Below are positions 49,234-61,300 of a DNA stretch of 64,000 nucleotides, piece after piece (the first letter of the stretch is position 1; every line of letters begins with the position of its first letter). The stretch comes from Paragordius varius. Lineage: Eukaryota > Animalia > Nematomorpha. The notes below the pieces were generated by a model. That model saw nothing but the letters and a program-made list of their open reading frames with translations. It did no database searches and was not told the origin of the DNA. Both the position numbers and the translations under genes were made by a program. Where the stretch lies: positions 744,001 through 808,000 of the forward strand of contig OZ176053.1 of the NCBI GenBank assembly GCA_964247055.1, read 5' to 3'.

Positions 49234-50372
49234 AATATTGACAATTTTTTATATACAAAAGGATATACACATGTCAAATCATTCTTATTTAGATTTTATG
49301 CATTTACCGTCATCGAACAAAACTTAGATTTATACAAGAGATTGCTAAAAATCACATTGTCATAACACATCAAAGATCTACTTTTTAAAACTCATTTATT
49401 GATCGCTAATCTCTACAAATGTAAAATATGTATTGATGATTATGGTAAAAAATCTGATTTTTCATAAATAAAAATTATGTACACTCTTTAAAACTTTATG
49501 TGTAGATAAAAATGTGCATAGATATACAATAATGTTTATGAATGGACAATGCATGTGACAATTTTATAATACTGAGCAATCAAAAATGTTATAAATATAA
49601 ATGATACATAAGTTTATATACAATAGCGAATGGTATAAAACATATTTTGTTCATAATTATTTTACAAAATTAATGTCAAAAGATAGGACAAAAATGTTTA
49701 ATTTGATCGATTTTATGTTTTTTTTACCATACGCTAATAAGGATTTTGATTTGAATATTTGTAAATTTGCATTGTAAATGATATGGTTAATATTTTTGCA
49801 AAATATAAAATGTCTTCTCATAAAAATATTAAAATAAAATTTATCCATAAATTAAAATCATAAGTATAAAAAAAGTAAGTTTAGACATGATATATCAATC
49901 AATCGGCTACGTTTTGTTTTAACACAATCAAATCAAGAAAACAATATAAATGATATTTTACATATCACAGTTATTTTTAACTAAAAAATGTATCCAACTA
50001 AAATATAATAGCTTATAAATTGAAGATATATTTCAAATAGGATAAATAAATATATATATATATATTGAAATTTAACTATTATAATCTGAGATTGGGTGCA
50101 TTTTGCTTGCAGGTAATAAGGTGCTAAAATGATTGGATGTTGTACAGCAATATTATATTAATAATCTAAGAATGGGAGCAATTTTTGAATTTAATATATA
50201 TGAGCAAGCGGCGAGTTTTTTTTTTTGAAAAAATAGTTCCATAACTAAATAAAAAAATTTAATAGTCAAATCTAAGAAGTTTCAAAATTAAAAATAATTA
50301 AAAAAAGATTGAAAGGTTATATACAAATATGTTTAAAAATTTTATATTAAGCGGATCAATATATATAATATT

Positions 50373-52784
50373 TTAAAAGCCCACTAATTGAACTATGTTA
50401 TGAGGTATTGGAATTTTGACTACAGACATATTATCACGCAAATTATTTCTCCGGAACGATCTGGATCGCCCGGAGAAAGTATTTGAGGCAGATTCATGAA
50501 AATTGCTAAAACCTTGATTATTAATGTTATTACGAACGATTAAATTTTTGGGGTAATGGTCTAAATAATTGCAATTGGTGCACCTTAAAGGGATATCACT
50601 CGAAGAAAAATCAAAACACGGGTAATTATTATTAACTGCTTGGCTAGCATCGTATTTGTTTCTGACAACAAACTCATCATTATATGAACCCCAATGATTG
50701 TTGTTGTAAGCATTATGGTTAGGGTAGATATAATTGAAGCATTGCGAAACTAGTTGATTCGATAATTTAATCGAACTACCGCATATTCGACATGGTACCA
50801 TTGGAGATTGCCTACCAGTCGTAAATGGGTCTGAATTCGCCATGCATTGACATGCAAAATTGGCATCGACTATATCGTATTGATATACGGTTCCAATCGT
50901 GTATCGTGAACCATTCCAAGGTTTTTGACATTTTTTGCATTGAATCAAATGAATCAGATCCCTTTTGGCTCCAATATCATCATCATCTGACGGTCCAGTT
51001 TCTGAGTGGTTAAAACCAAATAGTTCATCTAGAAAACGAAGCGTTTGTTCGGAATTGGCTGGTTTAGTAGTTAATTCTTTGTAAAGCGTAAGTAACAAAG
51101 CATATTCAAGTTGAATAGCTTCAAACCATCTTGCCCCAGTACAACAATCTACGCAGACGGCATTTAAATATTTACTATTGTTGTTGCTATTATATGATGT
51201 CACGTGCAAAGATGGTGAAGATATCGTCTGCTGCTGTGTCGACTGTCCAAACGATCCATTATTTAAATAGTTTCGATTATTAAAAGTGAAATGAGTTTGA
51301 TTGTTATTATTCAAATTATGACCGTCTTGGTATAATATTTTATTATATTCCGAAGGTGTAAACGAAGGACTGCATGCAAAAAATGGACTGGAAGCGGTAT
51401 TGAATACGTCTTTTTCAAAAACTCTTTTCTGGTTGTTTCCATTATTGTTCATTAACGTACAGTTATTACTGGTGAAGCCATGGGAAGAATCTTTATTCCC
51501 ATTTTGAGATGTCGAAAGCGGTATTTTAAGACAAAAAGTATATTTTGAAGGCGGTTCATTATTACAAACATTTCTTTCATTTAGCCAACTATTATTACCA
51601 CTGTTTTGCAATTTCGAATTTTTATTACTCAGATTGGAATCGATAGCTGAATCAAGAGAATAATCTGAAAGTCGATTCGTCAACATATTATTCTTATTTC
51701 CATTATCCAAGAAAAGAGGGTAATAGTTTTGTACCGATAAAAACAGCAAACCATTAATAAGTGGATATCTATCATAGACTTGTAGAATAACGCCACAAAA
51801 TATGCAAGGTATTTTGGTAAAATTCTTAGCACTTAGTTTGGATAAAATTAGGTACCTGATTTCATCGTTCCCGTGCGGTCCATCATCGTCCATTTTGATA
51901 TGGAAAGAGTTTATCAAGCTTCGTGGGAGACTCATGTTAAAATGTTCGAATTCGTCTTTGCGGGACGGAAAAATGCAGGTTGGCAAAAGTTGAGTGCTAA
52001 AATTGGGGTTAGTTTTGTCACTCGGTGCAGAAGAGGACATAGAGTTGCATTTGGGTAAACATCCTTCGTCTTCATCCGTAAATGGTGATTTCAGATGACC
52101 AATAGAAGACCCATTTTGATAATATATATTTGCTGCATTTCGAGAAGTATTATTGTGGTTTCTCCAAGCATTATTTTTTACAACAGTGGCAGTTATATCA
52201 CCGACTGAGCAAAGTAAATCATTATAATTACCCTGTGGCAAATTAGAAGAATTTCTATCAAAGAGTGTAGGAAAAGATGAGTTCATTGGGCTAAAATTTG
52301 TGGTTAATGCAATACAGTTATTACCATCCTTACCATTTGATTGTGAATGACGAAATTTTTTGCCATCTGCAAATTCTTTAAAAACTGAGGTTGGAATCCC
52401 TGGATGAGTTAATAGTTTGAGATTAGACACATCTTTACGTAAATAACCCATCAAACATTTGCATTGACAAATATTAATATTAAGATTGTACATATTGGTA
52501 AACCATAAATTATGAAGAATATACTCTTTCGATTGAATACCATTTATATTGTTATAAATTAGGTTAATAATACTATCTTGCCACATATAGAAACATGAGG
52601 CGTGCATAAGCTTTTTATTTCGACATCCAGGATTCGTGCAAATTAATTTGATATCTTGATCCGAATTTATATTGAGATGGCCATTAAAACATTTAGTAAA
52701 AACACACTCGGAATATGTGAGAGATAAAATATTTGCAGGATTATTATAAAAACTAGAATTAATTTTTGCGACACCGACTTTCAT
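50373..52784 (-). CDS. HECA: Headcase protein homolog, single exon, 803 aa from the first ATG
   Basis: N-domain CTNPGC...MHASCFYMWQ...NLW...CQCKCLMGYLRKD. C-domain NSFHIKMDDDGPHGNDEIR...CIFCGVILQVYDRYPLING...YLNAVCVDC...CKKCQKPWNGSRYTIGTVYQYDI. Long Asn-rich inserts. ATG at 52782-52784; the track's longer start is non-ATG. Confidence 0.9.
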   Translation of the reverse strand: MKVGVAKINSSFYNNPANILSLTYSECVFTKCFNGHLNINSDQDIKLICTNPGCRNKKLMHASCFYMWQDSIINLIYNNINGIQSKEYILHNLWFTNMYNLNINICQCKCLMGYLRKDVSNLKLLTHPGIPTSVFKEFADGKKFRHSQSNGKDGNNCIALTTNFSPMNSSFPTLFDRNSSNLPQGNYNDLLCSVGDITATVVKNNAWRNHNNTSRNAANIYYQNGSSIGHLKSPFTDEDEGCLPKCNSMSSSAPSDKTNPNFSTQLLPTCIFPSRKDEFEHFNMSLPRSLINSFHIKMDDDGPHGNDEIRYLILSKLSAKNFTKIPCIFCGVILQVYDRYPLINGLLFLSVQNYYPLFLDNGNKNNMLTNRLSDYSLDSAIDSNLSNKNSKLQNSGNNSWLNERNVCNNEPPSKYTFCLKIPLSTSQNGNKDSSHGFTSNNCTLMNNNGNNQKRVFEKDVFNTASSPFFACSPSFTPSEYNKILYQDGHNLNNNNQTHFTFNNRNYLNNGSFGQSTQQQTISSPSLHVTSYNSNNNSKYLNAVCVDCCTGARWFEAIQLEYALLLTLYKELTTKPANSEQTLRFLDELFGFNHSETGPSDDDDIGAKRDLIHLIQCKKCQKPWNGSRYTIGTVYQYDIVDANFACQCMANSDPFTTGRQSPMVPCRICGSSIKLSNQLVSQCFNYIYPNHNAYNNNHWGSYNDEFVVRNKYDASQAVNNNYPCFDFSSSDIPLRCTNCNYLDHYPKNLIVRNNINNQGFSNFHESASNTFSGRSRSFRRNNLRDNMSVVKIPIPHNIVQLVGF

Positions 52785-53100
52785 TTTTTTTGTAATGGAT
52801 AAAAAAAGAGTGAAAAATTTAAAAATTATAAAAATCAATTAGTGAATGTGCCAAAACGCGGGATCAGTCATGTGCTAAAAATATTATTAAAAAATATAAA
52901 TAATAATAAGTATCATATAAGGCTACTATGGGATTTATGTTATTCAAATGTATACAGAGAAATATATATACATATATACTTTCTAGTAATATTAAATATA
53001 ATAAATTTAACATCAATGGTCAAAAAATGCCTTATCATAGGCAGTGTTGAAAATCGGTGGTCGTGAAAAAATATCTTGATAAAATATATATTATAATATA

Positions 53101-54199
53101 AAAATGTATCCGGATTATCATGGTGCTTTAGGTTTCGACTCTTACGAATGATTTAAGAAAGTTATTTATAGCTTAGTGGTAAGTGCTCCATATCAGAAAA
53201 TGGCCAATTTTGGCCATATTTTTTGTAATATTTTTTTTGATAAAAGACAAATGATTCATTTCAAAAATTATCACTAAAATATATTAAACTTCTTATTAAA
53301 AGAAAAACAATATTTTTATAATAACTTAATTTTTAGATGTAGGCTCCGAAAGTACCAAATTTGCTATTCTAAAACGGGTTAGCTAAAATTAACGCAAAAA
53401 TGCCAGACTTTTGTAATAAAATATTCAAATATATGCTAAATTTTGACATCAGAACAATATTTTAAAAATGTTTACTTTTAGAATAATTTAATTTTTACCA
53501 TAATTTTGTTGAAGCATATTTCCTCCTATTTTTAGGCAGAAACGGTATAAAAACGCTTTTAGATATTGATAACACATTATGGTGAAGATCTATCGCTTTA
53601 GATTTAAAATCTTAAATTAAAAGTTCGTTTACTTTCAAATTTTGTTAATTTTTATGTAAAAATACAATATGTATTTGACATTGAAAAAAACGAATATTTA
53701 ATCAAAATATTGAGGTAGTATGTTTGGCATCATCAAATATAGAAAAAGCGTTTTTATATCGCTTTCATCATGTCTAAAAGATGAAGTACGCTACAACAAA
53801 ATATTGCTAAAATTAACCCTTTGTAAAGGGTATGCATTTTTTGAAAAATATTTTTGTCATGTCAAAAACTTATTTTAAAAATTTTATCACGCAATCCCCG
53901 TATTTTTGCGTTCATTTTAAAAGAACTAACCCGTTTTAGAAGAGCAAAGATATATCAGACTTTCGGAGCCCATATTCAAAAACTATTTTTTTCATAATGA
54001 TTTACTTTTTATAAGCATTTATGATATATTTTAGTAATATTTTTTGGAAGGAAGCATTTAACTGTCATCAAAAAATTTTACTACAAAAATGTACTCGAAT
54101 TTTGCCATTTTCTGATGTGGCGCACTAGCACAAAAGTGTAAATAGCTTACCATACGTAACCCTCAAAGCAAAAGCATTATGAAAGTCCTGATGCATTTT
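53101..54199. mobile_element. ~1.1-kb palindromic (long imperfect TIR) non-autonomous element
   Basis: Ends AAAATGTATCCGG / CCTGATGCATTTT. Mirrored internal blocks (CTCCGAAAGT/ACTTTCGGAG; TCAGAAAATGGC/GCCATTTTCTGA). Related copies at ~55175-55870 and ~56090-57578. Confidence 0.75.
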
Positions 54200-57100
54200 A
54201 TTATCGGAATATATATTATTTAATCATGACATTTTTTGACTCTGATATACACAGCAACACAAAAAAATATTTTTAAAAAATATGTATTTTCCATAAATGT
54301 ATCAGTACTTACGGTGCTTTTGGGTATATTTTACGAGTAATACAGTAAAAACTAAAATTATACAGGCAAAACGTAACAATACAAAGACAAATATTTTTTT
54401 CTAAAAGACAAACATAATTAAATCTAAATTTACATCAATATAACTCATTGGCAAAGTGTGAAATATATATATATATATATTAGTAACAAAATTAATTCTA
54501 TTTTTAACAAATGTAACTAAATAGATTATATGAGAAAAATTAAGATTTTTAAAAGTATGGTTGCTTAGAAAAAAATTTAAGTCTTTTATTTATACGTTTT
54601 GTTTGTATAATTTCAATTTTTACTGTATTACAAAGTTTATACTTTGGTACTAGCCTATCCACATTGGTAATTATAAATTTTTTTTGGTCAAAGCTAAATG
54701 CTTTAATCCAAAAAATATCACTTAAATAAATCATAAACTATATAATGGCAAAATTATATTTATATAAAACTTTTATTTTAGATATAAACTCCCAAAATTT
54801 AAAATTTTGGGCCACTCCAAAATGGGCTACTTTTTAAAAATAAAACAAAAAACCGAGATTGTTCAATAAAATATTTTAATAATGGTAGATCAGGGTATCA
54901 AAAATTATAAAATTATATGCTTAATTAAAAATTATATTTAGATATTTTTTGATGGATGGAATTATGCTAAAAACAATAGAAAACACTTTTTGATATAATT
55001 AAAAAGTGATAATCATTTCTACAATTTCAAAATTATGGTCAAAATATTTGTTTTAAATATATTCAACTAAATTTAAAGGCGAACAATGGTCTTATTAAAA
55101 TTTTAAGGATAAAATGTTTGACATTGAATTTTACGGCGTCTTCTATATTTTCCTGAAGAAAATATATTCTGAAGGATATATCAGCATTCTCATTGTTTGG
55201 TTTTAGCTCTTACGAATGGTTTAAAAAGTTAATTACACTCTTGGTAACTCCTTCATATAAGAACATGCTCATGTATTGTTAATTATTATTAGTGAAAGCA
55301 AACTGTATCTAGCAAAACAGTTTTAAAATTTTAAGATGCCAGTTCCGACTCAAATTTTTATAATTGTCAAAGGCGAAAAAGCCATTGGGCGTTGAGTATA
55401 AGCTAAATTTTTATATATCTCTTAAATTAAATAGATAAAATATTATAATATCTTAAAGCTTGTTTTAGGCGTTTTCATCATGCCTCAATATAGTATGAAG
55501 ACGCTTCAACAAATTCTTTTAAAAATAAAATATTGGAGAAAAGTATTTTTTTTATATATTTTTAGATAATATCAGTTAGCATATACTTAATTTTTTATCC
55601 CACAATCTGGGCATTTTTGTGTTTTTACGAGAAGTTGCCCATTTAAGAAGAGCGATAACAATAGGAACTTTCGGAACCCACATGTAAATAAAATTTAATA
55701 ATATTTTAGGTTTTGTTTTCACAAATAGTTTATGATATATTTAAGTGATATTTTTGGAATCAAACATTTGACATTTACCAAAAATTTATTTGACAGAATG
55801 TGTGCAAATTTTTAAAAATTTTTAATATCACTCTTAAAACCAAGAGCATTATGATAATCCTGATACATTCCTGATAAATATATATATATATATATATTTC
55901 ATCAGAATATTTTTTGTACCCCGAGTTTTGGGCTTATTGTCATATAGAAAGTCCTTTGTACCGTTCCATGCTCCAAAAAACTGCGCCAAAATTTGGGGGA
56001 TACAAAAAATAACCCGATGAGATATGTATTATCTGTATGAAATGTATGAATTGTATCATGGTATTTTTGTTTGTGGGCCTTAGAAGACATGCACTGTGCT
56101 AAATCCATATCAGAAAATGGCAAAATTTAAGTACTTTTTTATAAAAGTATTTTGTTAGTTAAATATTTCTTTTCAAAAAATATTACGAAAATATATCATA
56201 CATATTTATTTTAATTGAGTCCCAATTATTTTCGCTTTTCTAAAATGGGCTAATTTTCTTTAAAACCTTCATGAAAATTTTAAAGGTATTAAAAATTTTA
56301 CATAAATAAAATATTTTAAAAAAATGCATAATTTTTAAAATAAAATTTTAAGCAAAATTTTATTGAAGCGTACTTCATACTGTTATTAGGCAAGATGGAA
56401 ACGGCATAAAAACGCTTTAGATATTATAAAAAAACTTTTTCAATATATGATTATGCTGAATATTTCCATTGCTTTTGTATCTCATGGTTAGTTTCCTTTC
56501 AAATTTAACACTTCGATTCAAATTGGCTAAATACAGCAGACTAAATTTAAATTAATATTTTTAAGAAACTACTGAAGAAAACGGTCCCAATTAAAATTTA
56601 TGATTTAATCCTGATAAAAATTATGTAACTAAGCTAAAATATCTAAAAAAAATTTTGAAAAAAAAGTTCCATGTCAGACTACTTCGCCGACATTTTTATT
56701 TTATAATATTTGGCAAAATATCGTGTTCGTTTAATTTTAAAGGTAAAATTAAAACTAATTTTTTATTTAAATTATATCTACCATTAATAGAAATATAGTG
56801 GTTTATTTTTATTATTTTTCAATTTTGCCAATGCGCATATGTTACGTATACAAAATTTTTACCTTTGAGTTTTAAGTCAAAATAAGTAATATCAATTTTT
56901 AAATTTTTTTAATATATTTCGGTTTATTAATGTTATAAAAGTGCAAAAGTTTGCCATGGTTCCGATTCCTTTCATATTTAATTTAATTTGAAACAGGCTT
57001 GGATCGAACTACCCCAATTTACTAAGGACTGAAATAAATGTGTTGTATCCAAGTGTTTGAGTTTTTATACAAAAATACAATTATTTGACATAAATATGAA

Positions 57101-57575
57101 GAATTACGTATTTTTTCGAAATTCTGAAGTGATAATTTTTACCATCATCCAATTATTAATTTTTTATAATACCGTTTTTCAGTTTCCATCATGCCTCAAA
57201 CTGGAATAAAGTACGCTTCAACTTTTGCTAAATATTTTTTTTGGATATTTTTAATTGATAGCAAAATTTAGCATTTATTTAAAAATTTAATCGTGCCATC
57301 CAGGCATTTTTGCCTTTATTTTAAGAGAACAGTCTATTTTATAAGAGCGAAAAAAATTGGGACTTTCGGATTCCACATTAAATATTAACTGAATATATTT
57401 TTTTTCTTTTTTAATACTAATATATAAATAATATTTTTTGGAATAAACTATTTTTTTACAAAGATAATTTTAATTTATGTGCACAAATTTTGCCATTGAT
57501 ATGGAGCGCTTACTAAAGAAATATATCATATTACTCGTAAGGCTAAAACCAAATATATCATAAGAATCCTGAAAC

Positions 57576-57612
<37 letters not shown>

Positions 57613-58303
57613 AATATATTATCGAGATAATTTTATAACCCTGTTTTAGCTAGTGTATATTATGGATATTTTTTGAAATAAAGCCGTTTCAGAATAGAAA
57701 AAATCGAGATGTGGTGGATAATGTTGAAGTAAGGGGATGTATCAGATCGCCAGGTTCTTTTGTCATATATCGTGAGGACGAAACGACAGAATCCTCGGCG
57801 CTGATTATGTAACTCCAAGAACTATAAGCAATTTTCAAAAACATTTTTTACATTTTTCATGTTAGAAATTATCAATTATTGCGCTTTAACAAAATTTTTT
57901 AAGATTAAATTTATTAAGGATTAGGTGCTATCAAAAATATTTTATCTAATGTCTCAATCTAGCATACATATTGCCCCATCTCGGCATTTTTGCATTTATT
58001 AATTCAAAACAATGACACTTTTGGAGGTCTCTTTATAATTGAAATTTTTCATTTTAAATTTGATATATAATGTATAAAACTTTGGTATAAATCTTTCAAA
58101 ATTATTCGATAGTGCGCTATGCGACTTCTCGATTCGGAGTCATTGTCACAAAAACATGAAACTCTCTTAATTTTTTTCCAAAACAAAACATAAGAAAAAT
58201 GTAGCAATTATATCGTAGTTAATTATCCCTGCCCTATATGACATTTAGAAATAAAATCTCTAATAAAAAAAATCATTTTATACACTTTTTCGTCAGGCAC
58301 GCC

Positions 58304-61300
58304 ATGCTTGTTTTGCTTGAGACGGCAGCAGGATTCGCGATATTTAAAGTACATTGGGATATATATAATACATATATAGGTTTTGGATGAAAACAAATTA
58401 GCTTCCTCGGAAAATATACTTTCAGAATTTGATTCTCCAGATAAAGCCCAAAAAATGTATTTATTGATTTAATTTTAGTTTGGAATTAAAACATTTCCAT
58501 AAGTTTGGCGATACCACAGAAGCACTAGATGGTTAATTTATAATTAATATTTTTAGCGGTTTCAGCACTTCTTGAAGGCAAGATAGGCACTGTTCTCAAA
58601 AAGTTTTTGAAAAAGCATGTCGTCAAATCTATCCACGAAGATTTGGCTGTCGCAGATGCCAAATTGGGAAATTTAATTAAAGTTAACCGATATTATAATT
58701 ATTTTTTTTGTAAAATAGTTAACTTTTTTTAAAATAGTTTTGGTAATAATTATATACATTCGCTTATTTTTATATTTTATTTCGTAATGGCTTTAATTAT
58801 TCTCTAAATTTTTTTGCTTGGAAGGAATTAGCTTATATTTAGGTATATTTATAGTTGTTTTATTTTTTAAGAAACGTAACTAGAGATTAATATGTCTCTT
58901 AATTTTAAATGTACTTTTTTATATCAAATCGGGTATCAGTATCCATTTCTTTGCACTATCAGAATGGCGGTTTGAATTTTTAAAGACTTTTTGAACTGAT
59001 TTTGGTTTATTTTTTCCATTTCTCGGGTTTTTCATAGGTTAGTTTGATCATTTTCTATTTTAGAGGTTCTATCTTGGTCTCGGCCTGCCTTTCTTGCATT
59101 TCCCTTTAGTATTTCATTCAAGCATTGTGTTAGTTATTCCCTTGGTAGTGATTTCTATAAAAACGGCATCTATTTTGGAATAGAATCCTCTATAAAAAAG
59201 ATTCAATTTCGCAGTTTTGTCCTTACTGTTCTCTCTTTGTTAAACTATACATACTATAAATTTTTCCTCGGTTTTCAATAACCACTTTTCTTGTGTCTCT
59301 GTTGTTGCCCGTGTTTGACTACTATTTAGAATTGTTGGTCAAGTTGCCGCCTTGTTCAGTCAAAATTGAAATATTATGGACTAAACGTAAAAATATAAAG
59401 ACAAAATTTTGTTTTCGAAAAACAACCATACTTTAACAATAATTTATAGTATTATATATCATTTTAATACAAATCGTAACAAAGATAATTTATTATTTAA
59501 CCTATTTACATCTCTATTTTATACCTACAGTGTAAAACAATGAGTTATATTTTAAAAAATCAAAATTTAAAAAGTATAGTTGTCTTTTAGAATAAAATAT
59601 TTGTCTTTATATTTTTACATTTTGTCCGTATAATTTCAATTTTTACTGTATACCCTTTGTTCTTAGAGATACTTAGGTATTGAAAATGGCTTCAATACGC
59701 GAAACTTGGATGTGAATATTAATTAAAATTTGAAAAACCTATAAATATATTTTTTAAGACAAAACGCCCCCCTTTTTACCTAATTTAATATTCATTAAAT
59801 AATACCAATTATTATACCATTTACAGTTCGAATTCACCCTACAATTCAAATTCACTCTCGAACTTAATCTAAAATAAATTAGGTGTTTTTTATGATTATA
59901 AATTACTTATATATTTTTATATTCTTAAAAAATCAAATTTTATATAAAAAATAAAAAAAAATAATAAACTATGCCATTAAGATATATACCATATCATATT
60001 AATGATAAGTTATGTTAGCTGCCCGAAAACACATTATATATTTTTAGGGTGAATTTGAATTGTAAATGGTATATTTTTTATGAATTTTATAAAATATGTT
60101 AATAGGAAAAATTTGAGTTAAATTGCGTCCACAATTCCAAAATTTTGGATCTGATGAAAGGAATTAGAACGCAAATTAATACACTCCTGCCTGTTTTACC
60201 CGAGGAGGAATTGTCAAACATGTCACTTGGGTTGGCACATAGGTTTAATTTTATTTTTTTTAGTTTTAGTTTAAAATTATGCTTTTTATGTTTTACTAAT
60301 TGAAATATTTTTATTTTTTTCCTTACTATTTCATTTTAGTTTATCACGGTATAAGCTTAAATTTAGCCCCGATAAAGTTGATACAATGATCATACAAACC
60401 ATATGTAAGAATATTTATAATTTTAACTTTTTAGTTTATTATGAAAATTAATATAAAAGAATATATTTTGTCAAATTACATTAAAATTTGAAATTATACG
60501 GACATAACATAATATAAAGACAAATATTTTTATCTAAAAGACAAGCGTATACTTTTTTAATATTGATTTTTTTTAAATATAATTTATTGTTTGAAATGGC
60601 AAAGTGTGAAATTGAGATATATATTTAGATATTACTAACACAATTAATTCTATATATTTATAATTATAACTAAATAGCTTATATAGGAAAATTAAGGTTT
60701 CAAAAAGTATGGTGGTTATCTTTCAAAAAAAAATTTGTTTTTATATTTTTACGTTTTGTCCGTATAATTTCAACTTTCACTGTTTTTCAATTTTCGTTCC
60801 CTCTTTTTTTGAATCGTAAATTTTTATAAAAATAATACGGTTTTAGTGACAAATGAAATATTTTTATTTATGTTTTGGCTATTGCGCAATGTACAGTAAA
60901 AATTGAATTTATACGGACAAAAAACGAAAAATTATATAGACAAATATTTTTTTTATAAAAGAAAACCATACTTTTTAAACGTTAGTTTATCCCATATATA
61001 AATTATTTTTTAATTACAATCGTAAAATACATAATTGATTGTTTTACCAATATACATCTTTATTTCACACTTTTTAATATATAACAATGATTATCATAAT
61101 TAAAATAAAATGAAGGAAAAAATATTTGTCGTTTATATAATATATCTGTTTTTATATTTTTCCGTTTTGTCCCTATAATTTCAGTTTTTACTGTACATTT
61201 TTACTTTTTGTCCACATAAAATTTCATTTTTTACTGTAATTATTGAAATCAAATCATAATTATACTAAAAACAGATCATTTTTATAGAAATTTAGTTTAT

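Noticed and set aside
50290-50375. Stop-codon readthrough of headcase as in Drosophila
   Set aside because: Only ~24 low-complexity codons follow before the next stop; there is no extension domain.
57770-57810. GAGGACGAAACGAC resembling the 3' half of a hammerhead
   Set aside because: No upstream CTGANGA or stem II partner; the region reads better as an RTE-LINE relic.
58286-58303. TTTTTCGTCAG just before the NOP58 ATG as a trans-splice acceptor
   Set aside because: Equally explained by a 5' UTR intron or chance; no matching signal before the other start codons.
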